Assembly: GCA_028534125.1 (NCBI GenBank) | Contig: CM052816.1 | Coordinates: forward strand, 70,124,001 to 70,188,000 | Length of the DNA stretch: 64,000 nt | DNA from: Lama glama | Taxonomy: Eukaryota | Direction of reading: 5' to 3' | Shown here: positions 23,091-37,261 of the stretch, piece by piece | Layout: every line of letters begins with the position of its first letter | Numbering within the stretch: position 1 is the stretch's first letter | Notes under the pieces: model-generated | The model's input: only the letters and a program-made list of their open reading frames with translations | What the model was told of the DNA's origin: nothing | The model's database searches: none | Translations under genes and position numbers: made by a program

Positions 23091-26000
23091 ATCTTGAGAG
23101 GACTCTTAAAAAAGCAGGATTTGTTGAAAGCCTGAGGTCTCAGTTCTAGAGGTTGCCCATTTGTTAGGAGAATTCCTTGGAAAGAGGAAGAAGACCCAGG
23201 GAAGGAGGAATAGTATTCACATTACCAGAGTTAGAAAGAGAGGCAAGAAAGGAAGGGAATTCGCTTCTTAAAAGTTGTTTTTACTGTTCCTATGTAAAAG
23301 GTATATGCTTATCAAAAGTGTATTCTAATACAAACAGTCTTCATCATCCTCTGGTAACGTCTTAACAGTTTCTGCAAATATCTAGAGGATTGCTGATTGA
23401 AAGGCAGTGAACCACTTTGTTGCCTAGAAATGGAGAACCAAAGTAAATTAATTTTTGTCTTAACACCAACATGCATTATTAAAATGACAATGCCCCAAAT
23501 AATGAGTATCTTATGACTACTACAGGGTTTGTAGATGTGTTTATTTCACAACTAACCCATCCACTCATCCTCTGTAAAACTATTATAATATGTCTCTGAA
23601 TGCCATACCCCTGATCTTGAGATTTGACTAGCATGAACAACACCAATGTGGCAGGGCATGAAAGCCTTTTTAGACAGGGAAAACCAGTAAGCAAATATGA
23701 TACATGAAACAAGAAGTAAATAAATAGGTGACTAATACCGTGGTCTGTAGGGAATGGCCTACCAGTTAGGCAACGGCTCCTTACCATTTTACACGGTGAT
23801 GTTACTAATCCCTTCCTACAAAGTCAAGGCTGCTAATGTACCTGTTATTTGTGTCCTCTGCATTAGAATCTTTTTCTTTCTAATTGAAAAGATTACGAAG
23901 ATAAACAAATGAAGCAATGAATGCTCTAGGACCCTGAGGGAGTGAATTATGAGTCTTGTCTGTGAACTATAAAGGCATCCTATGCTGGCACTCCTGTGTG
24001 AACTTGCAGGTTGGTATGATAAACAACAGTGATGCAGCAACAAAACTCGGGAGACTTCAAATGATGGTGACCTACATCTCACGTTACAAAAAACTTAAGT
24101 ATTAGTGATTGCTTGTAAAATCAGTATATATTGGACTGTATATACATTTAATAAGAAAGGAATGAATAACATTTAATATTTGTCAAAAGCTCCCAAGACA
24201 CTAATTTAAAAAATCGATTTATTACTTCTTTGTCCTATTCATTAACTTATAGAGGAATAAATCACAAATGATGATGGTGATTGAAACAAAAGTTCCTTAT
24301 CGTATAATAATGACACATGGAATTCTTAGAAGCTAAACATATTTATTTCTATCCTTAGATTACACAGGCTCTCTCTCAGTAATGGAAAGAAGCAAGTGGT
24401 CAACTTCAGTTTTGATACTTTTGAATGATGACTCATCCCCAGTTTGGGAACCCAGAATGGTTGAATAGTATTATCCTTGACTTGCAAGCTCAGGTTTTGC
24501 TATTGGAAGCAAATGCTTCCATTCCCATCTTCCCCTCTGCTCTTTTTTCTATAAAGTTCAGCACTGAAAGAGACTAAATATTTTTCAACTTGAACATTTT
24601 TTATTTTCAATTTTTCTATAGATAGTAAGCATACTGTCACCATTCTTGAACTAAAAAATGACAGATATTTGAAGGTAATATGATGTCACTGATTTTAATT
24701 GCCTGTCTTTTGTCAGGCTAGATATTTCTGTTACCAAAGTTGATTCAGTTTCATGTTTTTTTTTTTTTTGTAGTTGTTTCTCTTTGTTGTGAGAAAGGAA
24801 TTTTTACTTTCATAAAATATTTTAAAATATTAAAAAATTAATATAGTAACTCAATACTGGCCTCAGTATAATATTTAAAACAGCTTAAGCGTTGTTTTAG
24901 TTATAAAGTTCTATGCCCCTGTAATTGATAAATAGAACAAAGCAAAGTCAAGGAAACAGTAGTTAGATTGATTTTATAATCCTTCTTCCATAGGATCATC
25001 TGGAATATATTAAACATATCTTCCCTTTACCTTACCATAAAATCTAAGGGGAAATAAATATTTTTACAGAAGTGAATCATTCACATTTGAAGTTAATGAA
25101 ACTGAGAGCACACTCAGATTTCTTTCTTCATTAAGGTAACTCCAAAGGTACTTTACTGCATGGTTTAATCTGGCCAAATAAAAAGAGAAATTGGGACCAA
25201 GATGCAAGAAAAGTATGTATAGTGTACAATGTCTGTGTTGCGATATGAATTGAAAGACTCAGAAAAAACTTTACTTATCTTCCAACATATCACACATCTT
25301 TGCATATTATTAACATCTTAAAAAACTGGAAATAAAATGAAATTTGTAAAAGCCAGCATTATGTCATGAGGAGCAGAAAAGAGAAGAAGCAGACATTATA
25401 AACTTTCTTATATGCTTTTCCATCCCAAAATTCTTAAAAAAAAACAAAACACTAGAATGTGGCTTGCAGCCATAAGTGCAAAATAGATTATAAATTAATT
25501 TGGAAGCAGGTGTTTCCATGGTTGTGGGAAAAACAATGCCAACTGAACATTCCCATAGCATTAAAAGAGCAGACTATGGTTATACTTACAACGGGCAGGA
25601 AAGAGAAATAAGATCATAATGCTGGAACGTATTCCTCACTTTCTGAAACAAAACCTGGAGCCATAAATGCTGCAGCTGGAAGAGTTTTGTAGGAGTTTTG
25701 ATCTTGGTGGGTGAATTCAGCATTAACATATTTAACTCAGATGCATAGCTTACAGTAAAATCCATATCCACAAGGTATTTTCTATTCCCAGTTGTGAAAT
25801 TTCTGCTCTTTCTTTTTCTTTTAAGAAGAAATAAACAAAGACCAAAAATTATTGTATTTGCTAAACTTTAATTTGTCATTCTTGGAGCAAGTGAAGTTCT
25901 GAAATAGAAAATCTCAAGCTAGACATATATATAGTTACAGTATTCTACTGCTTTTTACTCACTGGCACAGAATCCCAATGCATTAGTGAGCTGTGTTGGA

Positions 26001-26882
26001 GAATAACAATGTTTATACTTCCATAGGCAATATTTTCCTCTGATAAGCACTGTGTTTCCACTTGATCACAGATTCCATCTGCTAGTTTTCCTATACCTGA
26101 TTCTGGTGAGTCCCACCTCCCTTATTTTCATTTTTGGGTAAAGGAAAAGATCTGACACAGGACTCATTTGTCTTTTTAGTCCCTGGCTTTGGCTGAATGA
26201 CAGTTGTGGCATCTTTCCACTCTGCTCTCCATAGAACTTGGACATATTGTGGTATACATATATGCAAATTAAAAAAAGTTACCTGACCCTCCTGATAACC
26301 ACTTGCTTGATTATTAATGGGCTTGTTAGATAGTACATTTGATTTCATAATTAAAATATACATACACATTTAATATAAAGTTTATATTTGAATATATGCA
26401 GACAAATACTAAAGATGTAAAGAAATACAGACAGTTGATCTTGTCATGTTTTAGTGGTAACTTTAATTTCTGCTTGTATTTTCATTAACTTGAAACTATG
26501 AGGCAAAAAATAAATAAATGAATCATTTACAAACAACTATTTCCCATCATCCTCCTCAGATTGAGTAATCATCTACTGAATTGTCTGGTTTATTAGATTT
26601 GGCTGAATCATATAGCATTGTTATTTCCGTAGGACAAAAACATTTGACTGTTAGCAACGTCATATGATTCAACCTAATAGATTCAAGTTCAATCACCAAC
26701 CATGTATTTCCCTTTGCTGGTTATTTCCAGCTAAAAATGTTAGGACCAGGAATCTTTTCTCCATGTGCTTTCATTGGAGCGTCTCAGCTTTCCCCCACTA
26801 ATTTACCATATGTCCTTGTTTCCTCTTTAAGGGGCCCATTTTCTCTGCCTTCATATTCTTTTCCCTTTCTTCTGTTGTTTCT

Positions 26883-27020
26883 GGGGAGGGGGGGAGAGAG
26901 GGGGGGAGAGAGGAAAGAAAGGAAGGAAGGAAGGAAAGAAAGAAAGAAGGAAGGAAGGAAGGAAAGAAAGAAAGAAAGAAAGGAAGGAAGGAAGGAAGAA
27001 AGGAAGAATAGAGGAAGATG
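26883..27020 (+). repeat. Polypurine (GGAA/GAAA)n compound microsatellite
   Basis: Read directly. Confidence 0.95.
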
Positions 27021-28718
27021 GAGAACAACAAGGTGAAACTGTCCCCAAATCCTCCTAAAGATTCTAGACTCAAAAAATGTTTGGGTGTGAGTAGATTTTT
27101 ATAGAAACTGGTGAACAGATTGGGCTTCCTGCTTGGATTGATGTGTGGAAGCATAGAGGCAGAAGCCCAAGGAAGCCAGTCCTGGGCACTCACAAGAATG
27201 ATGGGGAGGATTCTGCCTTTAACAATCTTACAGAATTTGGGTTTGCCCAAGTTTAAACAGATCTCCAAGTTTCCTATTTGACATCTGTGTTTCATTTTGG
27301 GGTCCTGTCCAGTATTGTTTGAATTAAGGGGCAGAGCTGAGCCAGAAGTACAGCCTTATAATGACTTCCAAACTGTGGGGTACACTGTACAGGGAGATTA
27401 TGGGTTTGTTGGATTGACTAAAAATTTTGATGATTTTGGAAATTCCATTTAAATTTAGAGCAAAGTTTTGGAAACCTTTTTGAAATATACAGTGCAGCCT
27501 TTGGAGAAAGTTTAATACTGGCTATTTCAGAAAGAAGCCAGGTATGTGCTGAATCACACACAAGATGGGTAGTAATATCTGTCAATATAAGAGACATAGG
27601 AGCATCCGTGGCAGTGTGGTTTTGTTAATGGAGAGAAGAGACATTTCGTGGCAAACTCCTACTAACAGGGAGAACCATTGCTTTTCCTGAAGGTGAGGAA
27701 GTGGGAAGAGGTCAAAGAAGTGAAGTACTCTAGCACCATGAGCAAAGGTGCTCATACAAACACCTAACCTTTCCTTGTATGTGGGTGAGGCTCTTGAGGG
27801 AGGAGCTGCAGGGGGGAGGGTACCCACTTAATGATATCCAGGGTGGTCTATGACTCTGAGGATGAAGGAAATGTGGCATAAGGTTTAGACTGGGAGTCTC
27901 ACCCCCTTCTTGGGGCTCCCTTAAGCCTAGTGCCACTGACTGTATTGCAGTAGTGCTACATTCACAGACTTCTCTCCAGGTTCTTTTTGCCAGAGAAGAC
28001 TGTCTGATTGGACTGAGTGGGAGAGGACCCCTCAGATGAATAAAGAAGCAAAACTGGAAGAGAATTCCAACAAGATCTTTAGAGGCTGGATTTCTTTAAG
28101 GCCATTGGAGAAGGATGGAGGAAGTTAGGGCCCTGTAGTGAAGCAGGTGTGGTGTGGAGGGGAATGGAGTGCCAAGTAATCAACATGCTTTGTCTTCTCC
28201 TCACTTTTTCCTTTGGGAGAGAACTTGGTAAAAACTGTGAAAGACTGCTAATATTCCCCTTTTCCCCTTCACTTAAGGGAATTTTAATAAGATGGAAAAA
28301 TTTCATTCACTAGAATTCACTTAGATGGACAAACGTACTGTTTAGGAAAGTGAGTGTGTTTTAGAAGAGATTCCAAGGATGAGGATGTAACTCTTTTGGG
28401 CTAGACAAAGAACTTTCTCACTTCTGGGAGGAGAGGAAAGGAAAGACTAGTACTGCTGTATCCACCCAAATGACAGAAAGTCACATGCTCTGTAATGCAC
28501 TCTCTCTTCATGACTTTAACAAGGTAATAAATTCAAGAGATGCTTGAGCATGAGTGGATTTTTGGTGGCAGCCAATGAGGAGGCTCTGTTTAGAATTATG
28601 GGAGCACAAGGATGGGAGAGCATGAAGCCAGGGAGAAGGATGAGAAACTTGGACATCATTTGTAATGTTGTGCACTCTCACAGTCTATAACTGGCAGCCA
28701 AGTTTAACCAGATCTATG

Positions 28719-28739
28719 GTGTGTGTGTGTGTGTGTGTG
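28719..28739 (+). repeat. (TG)n microsatellite
   Basis: Read directly. Confidence 0.9.
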
Positions 28740-31700
28740 GTCACCTAACTGAATGAAAGGAGTCCTGTCTTGCTGGGAATCTTTCTGCCCCAGGACTGTC
28801 CCATGGCAGCACTTTACACACTGTATTGTAATTATAATCCTCTGACTACCTTTTTTTCCCCAAACACAACATTTCCAGTCCACTGAGTTATCACAGTTCT
28901 CTCATTCAAAGGCTCCTTTGTCTTTCTTTTTCCATTGGAAGTCCATGTGGATGAGACAAAATTTTTTCAAATAATTCTAAACTTGTTTCCATCTCTAATA
29001 AGATCAGAAGAAAAATGGAAGGGAGGAAAGAAACCCCCTTGTGAATCCCATTTGACTGCCATGTTCCTGCCTTCACATCTTTGCTTATCTTAGCCTCTTG
29101 CCTAAATGCCTTCTTTTCACCCAAATCTTATCTGTCCTTCAAGGCCTAGCTAAAAGTACATGTCCTCCTGAACTTTTCTCTTATCTTTCCAGTCCTTGCT
29201 GATCTTTCTCACATTTATCTTGTCTCTAACTCTACTGCATCCTCTTTGAGGATGAGGCATGTTTTATGTGTCTTAAACTTCCACAGTACCTAGCAAAATG
29301 CTAAGTGCATGGTAAGCATTTTATTTAAACACATTTCTTACTAACTATGTGCAAGTGTGGTTTACCCACTAAGGATGTAAGCCCCTAGGGGTCACAGCCT
29401 AGGGCTTGCAGGGTTTTTTTTTTAAATGGGGCTTTAGACATTTTAGGCTGTTTGACTATATTGAACAATGAGGGCCATGAGAGTAATAGAAACCTCATTA
29501 AAAGTTTCCATGGGATGCATGCTTGCTCTGATACTTTATGATGGATGTGAGACAGCAACGAGCTATTCTGTAGGTATACTCCCAGTGGCCAGGCACGCCA
29601 GGAGAGCAATTATTGCAGTTACTACCTACTGAGATTTTACCTGATTTTCCTTTGTGCATATATTTCTGTTAGGCTAAAAAAATCTAACATCTTGATTTTG
29701 AATTCATCCCAAATTAAATCATGAATTATTATTACTAGAAAAGACATGAGAGCAAAGTAGAAGTAGAAAACCAGCAACCATTGGCCAATAGTAAGACTGG
29801 AAAAATGGAATTAAGCCAGAGTCTCTTTACTCACTCAAAGAGCTCATACCTTTCTTAAAGCCTTGTGTTATTAATAATAATAATAAAAAACTTTGTCAGC
29901 TACTTGGATCCAGAGAGCATTCCAAGACCAACAGAAATGATTTCAGGGAGCCAAGTCTTCAAGGTTTGCATAATTGCTAAACATTGTACTTCTCAACTTT
30001 CATAAGACAAACCCATCTTCAGAATTTATTTATGAGATGAATAATTGAGCCTGAAAATTTGATTCTGACATTTCCTGTCTATTGTGAACCTCTGAAGAGT
30101 TGTCTTAATCACGTTTTTAGTAGTGTCCAAGAATAACATTCTTCTGACTCCTTTTAAGCAGAAGCTGCAGAAATTTTTAGTGTGATTGCCTCAGTTTTGG
30201 TAGCCCTTTCCTTGGGGCACGCAGTTGTGCCTCTTTCCCCTGTGGAACAGAGCCTGCAGAATGGAGGAATCACATCCTTCCCCTTCTTCCTCCATGCCAT
30301 CAGCACTATGGAAGATTTGACTTCATGAAAAGCCTTTATGTATCATAGACAAAGGGTATTCTTTTTCATCCTTGTAAAAGTGGTCTTGCCCAGGTAGTCA
30401 CATAGAGAAGGGTTGGGTGAGGCAGAAATGAACTGACTCATTGATGTATCTCCCATAAACTCTCTGGATTGCTTTAGAGGGATGAAACGAGCAGTTGAAT
30501 GACTGTCTAAATTCCAAGGCAGAGAACTGGCTTAAGAACAACAAACACAGTTTGGGCCTGCGTAAAATAGAGGGCTTTCTAGGGGATCAGAAAAAACCTG
30601 TTTTGCACAGGTGTTACTCTGTGATTTAAAGCTATGGAGAATTTCACAGTGTGCTGCGGTTCCTGCACTGAGACCACAGCTGTTACAGTGCAAGTCCCTC
30701 CCCACCCTGCGTGGTGGTCTTGCATTGTTACATAGGTCCATAATAGGATGCACATAGAAAAGTACAAGACATCAAGGCTTGTGCCTGGTTCCAGTGAATG
30801 GAGGTAGCTTTTTTCCCAGTTAGGTTTTGATCTGTTTAATAGGCCTTTGGAGAGGCAAATGTACAAAATGAAAACTTCTTCCAGTGTATATAGAACTACT
30901 TGTCTTAGTGGTTACCAAGTGAAGATTGCACATGCTTTTCTTTAAAGTTAAAGTGAAAGGCAAAATTTTCTTAAAAAAACAAAACAAAACAAAAAACCCC
31001 CTGGTGTTCCAGAGACTAATACCCAGGTCAATAGGATATAAGTTTCTGTTAACAGGATTTTTGGTGTTATTGCTCAAAAGCTGATTTGGTCCTGAATGTT
31101 AGTCTTCTGAATATAAAATGTTACCTACTCTATCTATATTCGAGTCTTGGGGTAAGAATAAAGTGTCCATTCCTTTTCATTAATGAATTCATTTGATTGT
31201 ACATGGGTCATTTACTGGTCTGCTTTTAAACTGGTGAGTGTGGGTTTCCTTGAGGGTTGTCATCCTGTATATTGTTGGCACAAGATTTATGAAATATGGG
31301 GCCCAGTAGAGCAGACCAGTTTTTAAGATTGTGTGTTTGGTTTGCTGTACTTTCTGGGATAGGCAATAAAGTACTTCATCTCTGTGAAATTAACCTTTTA
31401 AAAAATACCAACAGTAAATAACTTTTCCTTGGTTATGAAGAACTCCTTATTGAACTATCAGTGTGATTGCTTTTAAATTTTGAAAATCTTGTCACCCTAT
31501 CATAGGTGACATTGTCTCCAGTCGTAAACTGTCTTGGGTGTTATCACCTCCCCAACTTTCTATAGAGTTTTTCTTTCCTCACTCAATTCTATATAAATTG
31601 CTTTACAGCCACTTGCCCATATAGCTATATTTCAGTGCTTTTTCCTTCCTATTCCCATAGCACCTTAGATGCTTTATTGGTAAAGAGGTTGTATATTCTT

Positions 31701-31874
31701 CAAAGGTTAGAAACTATTGTATATTTATCTCTGTATTTCTATTAAGCTGAATGTGTTTAATAACTCAAAGATTATTCCCCACCTCTTCAATCACAAACCT
31801 TTGTTTCTTTTCTTAATATGCCCTCTTTTTATCACCCCACTGAAAGATATAGTACTTTGTTAATAACTTTAATG

Positions 31875-32053
31875 CAGTGGCCCTCAACCTTTACTACGTA
31901 TTGGGATCATGTGGAGAGGTCAAAAAATACTGATACTTGGGTCCCATCAGCAGGAATTCTGATGGAATAGATCTGTAATGTGGCCCAGGCTTTAGGGTTT
32001 TATAAAAAGTTCCCTAGCTGATCCTAACAGCCAGCCAAGGTTGAGGGCCGCTG
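31875..32053. mobile_element. MER5-family hAT MITE
   Basis: cagtggccctcaacc...ggttgagggccgctg terminal inverted repeats. Confidence 0.8.
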
Positions 32054-32159
32054 CTCTCATGCTCTGTCAATTCCAGTCATGAGTTTAATTGGGTTTGCAC
32101 TGTCTGCAAATGTCTAGCACTTTAATCTTTGCAATGATGTTTATTTAAAATGATGATGA

Positions 32160-32400
32160 TGATGATAACTAACAATTATTGAGCACTTCTTATATGCCAG
32201 GCACTAAACACTTTACGATTTATTTTCCTTTTACAAAAACAATGAGATAAGAAGTAGTGTTACTCACATTTTATAGATGAAGAAGTTCAGGCATAGGGAG
32301 GTTAAGTAAATTCCCCCAAGTCACATAACTAGTAAATGACAGAGTGGAGATTTATACCCAGGCAGGCTAACCTCCAGAGTCCACACTCCCTGTCACATTA
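32160..32400 (-). mobile_element. MIR SINE
   Basis: ttattgagcacttcttatatgccaggcact..cattttatagatgaagaa..gaggttaagtaa..ccaagtcaca. Confidence 0.85.
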
Positions 32401-33496
32401 TGCTGTTGTCTGTCACATCTTCTTGGGATCATGACTCCTGATTAATGGGGATTTCTAAGTACCAGAAGAAAACTGCTAACCAGTCACATAGCATTTACTC
32501 TGTTGCCTTCACCTATTCAGCTCTGCCCTGAGGGCTATGAAATTTCTTCTAAAGAGGGAACAAGCAGATCATAATATAAAGAAAACATGCTGCAGAGCCA
32601 TGGAAACATCTGAACTAGTGTTTTCAAGTGTGGCACTATTGACCAGTAGCACACCGCCTCCACTTGTGACAATCAACAGTGTTTCCAGACATTGCCAAAT
32701 GTCTCCTCATTGAGAACCACCACTCTAATCAAACAGCTTTCAAGCTAATAATAGTAATTAAACTTGTAGTAATGTTTTGATTGATGGTGACAGCTTCTTT
32801 CAAAACAAACATATTATTATTTATTTATTCAAATGAGTGTTTCTATCCAAGTAATCGACTTGTAAGACTATACTCTTATTCCAACAATGCTGCTGTGTTC
32901 AAAGCATTTAAAAAATTGTCTTCAGGTCTTGTAGTACAATTTAAAAATACTACCGAGCATAATAAATCATCCTTTTACATGGTGGATTTAGTACTTAGAA
33001 ATCTCTAAAAGATATTTAGAGCCAAGTGCTCTGGTGAGCAGGGTGTGCTGATGAAGATGAACTGTAGAGATTTTAATAACCCAAACAATATGTCTTAGAA
33101 TCTGTCTTTGACATCCGTTAAATAAGAAGAGTTCAAACTAAAGTTTTAATTAGTGATGCTCTTTGTAGAAGTCCTTCTAGAACTTCTCTTTTGTTACTGT
33201 GTAACAATACTGTGTAGTGCTTATTTTTGTTTGAAAATAAATTTTATTTTCTAAGCATCATATATCATGCATGTCTTAAGAATTTTCATGGACGAGCAAG
33301 TCCTGGTACCAGAGAAAAGTGGGAAGGCTTCCTAAAGGGAGTTAGTCTTGAAAGAAGGAAAAGTCAAGGACTGACAGAAAAGAGTTGGGGAAACAACCCA
33401 GGTAGAGGCAGTAATTTGTGCAAAGCTTGGAGGTGGGAGGGAGTTAGTCATAAATTAGGGATGGTAAGCAAGTGTGCTTAATAGATTGAGTCAAGG

Positions 33497-33686
33497 ACTG
33501 TGGTTTCAATCCTGGCAGCGATATCAGCATCACCTGAGAAGTTAAACCAAAAAAAGTGATAGCTGCTTGAGCCCCACAGCAGACCTTTAAATAAGACACC
33601 ACTGGAGACGGTGTTCTGAGTCTCCGTGTTTTGTTTTGAAAATCTTCACAAGATATCTTAATGCATAGACATGTTTGAGAATCAAT
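33497..33686. mobile_element. MER5-family MITE (degraded)
   Basis: gtggtttcaatcctggc..atcagcatcacctgagaa..tttgagaatca. Confidence 0.6.
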
Positions 33687-34059
33687 TTAATAAGACATAT
33701 ACGTGATTGAGTAAAGAGCCTGCAGTCTATGTTTTCCATGACTCACAAAGTAATATTGGGCCAGGTCAGGCTTCTGAGCAAAGCAGTAATAACTTCATGC
33801 AGTTTTGTAGGTACCAGGATGATGATACTGACTTAATATCAGAGAATCCAAAAGAGGTTAAATAAGTTGTCCAAGGTCATCTATCCAGTAAGTGCAAAGC
33901 TGAGGCGTAATTCTCAAGTCTTTTGATTTCAGTTTCTCACACGGACAGACCAGAGAAAGAATTAGGGAATTTGTTGGAGAACAGGAATGGGAGAGAGGGT
34001 AGACTAATAAGGAAGGTATCTGTACCTTTAGGGGGCCTTAGAGAGTAGAAGGGAAGAAA

Positions 34060-34250
34060 ATGAAAATTGAACACCCACCATATGCCAGGCTCTGATTTAA
34101 TCTTCCCAGTACCCTAGCAGGGTAGCAGTTTGCATGCAACGGTACTGAGGCTCAGGGTGGTCAGTAACTTGCTCAGTGTCTCACGGATAGAAAGAGAGAT
34201 TCAGACCACACCCAGGGCTGCAGACTCCAGAACTTATGCTTTTTTTTATT
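34060..34250 (-). mobile_element. MIR SINE
   Basis: attgaacacccaccatatgccaggc..actgaggctcagggtggtcagtaacttgctca. Confidence 0.75.
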
Positions 34251-34276
34251 ACTTCATTCAGCCCCTTATCTGAGAG

Positions 34277-34475
34277 CAGTGGTCCTTCACTGAGGACAGT
34301 TTTGCCCCCAAGGCAATGTCTGGAGACATTCTGGGTTGTCTCAACTGTGGGGTAGGTGGAGGCTGCTGCTGGTTTCTAGTGGGTAGAGGGCAGATACGCT
34401 GCTCAATAATGTGTAGAATAGCCACAAAGAACAATCCAGCTCAAAGTGGTCAAGTGTTGAGGTTGAGAAACCTTG
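34277..34475. mobile_element. MER20 hAT MITE
   Basis: cagtggt..ttttgccccc..ggcaatgtctggagacatt..ggttgagaaaccttg. Confidence 0.85.
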
Positions 34476-36924
34476 ACCTAGAAGGATGGTTGTAGCTCAG
34501 GAAGTTGGAAAAGAGAGACAGTTTCATGGGTGAGATGAAGATGTGGCTTCAGACATTCCTGTTTTCCTGTGTCCAGTTAAATCTAGCTGTCTCATCTCTT
34601 CCCACCTCAGAGTTACTTGAGGCTGAGATTTTGCTCATTATGTTGTAATCTAGTAACTGACTTCATGCCTTAACTGACTGCTTCTTTACATGAGCCCTCC
34701 TTCAAGACCCCAGGTAGGTGTACCACAATAACAGCCAGCTTCTAATCATCTATTAAGATGAAGGCTTTTTTCCTTTTTTCTCCTCGTTTATTGTTATTAT
34801 TATTATTACTGTTTTTTTTTCTTTTTTATGGCCCACTGAGTTCTTGGCAGATCTGTTAGACATTTGCTCCAGGTTTCTGTTTTAAGCCTTTTGTTTGAGG
34901 GAGTTGGGTCCTTGTTTACCGGAACCTGAGTAGAAACGTCCAAGCCCAGAGGCCACAATAAGGCAGCCATTTTTCTGTCTCTTTCCACCTGGCCTGAATC
35001 TGAGCCAGATGATAAGAGGCAAAATGTATCCCATTATCAGGTCCCTAAGCCATCTACTCCCCTGATTTCTCCCACGGATATTCTTGTTCCAATGCCAGTA
35101 AGCCCACATGCTCTGTTTTTGGTGGCTTGGAGCCAAAATCCAGGTGTGATATTCCAAAGCATTCTTGTAGAGGAGTTTTCAGCTTGGTATTTTGTTTACC
35201 TGCATTTTTGGCCAGTCTCAATCCTTTGGGAGCCAAAAGCTTACAGAACTGTAACATCTCTAACTCCTACTATACCTGCCTGTAAAATATGCATGAATAC
35301 ATACTTTACACAATGTGTCTGCGGCCTTCGGTGACCCCTTCCTTGCTTTTGTCTTTCTTCAGGAAATTCCAAGAGACTGTGGAAACACCTCCTATTTAGC
35401 TAATGCTCATTGGAAATCTGGTACCCCCAGAAAGTGCTCTGAGGTCCTTGGCAGGAAAAGAAGCCCTCTAAAATTGAGGTATGTTGTTCTTGGGATTGTT
35501 TCCTATTTTTCAGGAGAAGACCCCTCTCAAATCTTTATCTTAAGTCAGCCCTGTGGAGGAAAATCCTAATAAATAAATTAGCTATAAATGAGTTCTTCTA
35601 CTCTAGAAAGAGACCTAAACATAATCTAGATTTGGATTTTGGTGGGTTTGGTTTTGGGGTCACCCTCCTCTTTGGCTTCTTTGGGGCCATTGTATTGTTC
35701 CTCTCACGTTGGGGCTTGGATGTATGTGATCTGGCTGGCTCTGACTTCCTCCTGTGGTCATCTCTGCTACTCCTCTAGGATTTATCTCTGCTATTTGCTT
35801 TGGCCTCTGATATGCAGGGCATGGGGCAGGTGGAGGGTTATGAGTTAGTAGACAGAGACTTATGGAGGAGGGCCTGCAGGCAAATACTGCTTCTATGACT
35901 TTTATTGTTTATACATAGTCGCTCAGTCTTATTTCTGTCATCTGTAAAATGGGGAAAATGCTCTATGGCTTCTTCACCCTACACCTGAATTAGGACTTTG
36001 CCTTGTTCACCATATCGAGGACAATGCATGGTGCCTAATAACCACACAATAAATATATTTTGAATGAATGAAGAAACATTATGTAAAATTCTCTAGCTCT
36101 AAATGAATTTTAGGTACTGCTTTCTGGGAGAGGATGTTGCACTTTAAACTAGTCTACTTTTTTTTATTAAACATAAAGTAAAACAAAAATTTTTGATAAT
36201 ATTTTTGCCTTGACTTGCTTCTGGCCCTGGGCCATGGACCTACCAGAAGAGCACAAGGAATGAGATTATCATAGATTTTTCATATCAGTAGTGAAGGGCC
36301 TTTCAGAGTACACAGTGTTTTTTTTCTAGGCATGGTTTTAGTGGAAAATGGTTATTGTTATTTATTATGTATTTTTAAAGGAAAAGTCACTGTATAGAAT
36401 CTTCTTCTAGATTTTTTGCATCTCAGTTTTTAAGAATTATATGAGAAGAGAACTAGATATAGGATGTAGGATCTTGATAAGTCCATTGCAGTCTATATTT
36501 CCTAGAGACTTCAAAGCAGGGAGACCCCTGGCCGTGGCTTGCAGCTCAGGGAGAGTGAAGGCATCTACAGTCTATGCCTGACTCTTGATTCATAAGCATG
36601 ATATACCTACACGTGTGCGCATGCACACACATGCATGTATACACACATGTCATCAGGACAGTGGCAGCTCACTTGATGGCTAACCTTGCTGTTGAAACAG
36701 TCGAACTTGAGTACTTGGCTTGTGCCTTTTGTTCAGATTCCTTGTTGCACTCTTGTTGAATCTTAGATAACTAGAGCTTGCATATGTTTTTGTTTAAATT
36801 ACTCAGTGGTAATTTTCCTTCTTTGAACATCCCTATGATTAAAAGCTGAAGTGTTGGGGCTTCTTTTGCCATTGGTAATCTGTCTGATCCTCATGCTAAA
36901 AACCTCAGGACCACTTGAAACTTG

Positions 36925-37261
36925 GAAGTTTTAGAGTTGAGTGTCTTAGAGATTTTAGACTTCATGTTTTAGATTTTTAGAAAGACAATAAGATGTATTT
37001 AGTATGTGATATAACAACCTTATCTGGATCTGGACCAGCATCCATAGTCAATCACATTTTTGCAATGAAATGCATAATATTTATATTATGAGGGCTAAAT
37101 CAAGACTGTAAATAGCCTCATGGACATTCAGGTCAGATTTTTGCCACCAAATGAGCTTTCAGATCAAGTCAGATTTGCCACTAAAAGAGTTTAGAAAAAG
37201 AAACCTTTTGGTCTTTAGAAACTTTTGGTTATCTGAGTTAAGGAAAAAGGATTGTAGACTG
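36925..37261. mobile_element. TcMar-Tigger MITE (MER46C-like, tentative)
   Basis: aaatagcctca..tcaggtcagattttgccaccaaatgag..aaggattgtagactg. Confidence 0.65.

Noticed and set aside
23600..23752. Patches resembling 5S rRNA ends (gccatacc..., aataccgtggtctgtagg)
   Set aside because: The spacing is too long, and the intervening sequence lacks the 5S internal control region.
26737..27295. 99-165 aa ORFs
   Set aside because: They arise from the stop-free GA-rich microsatellite.
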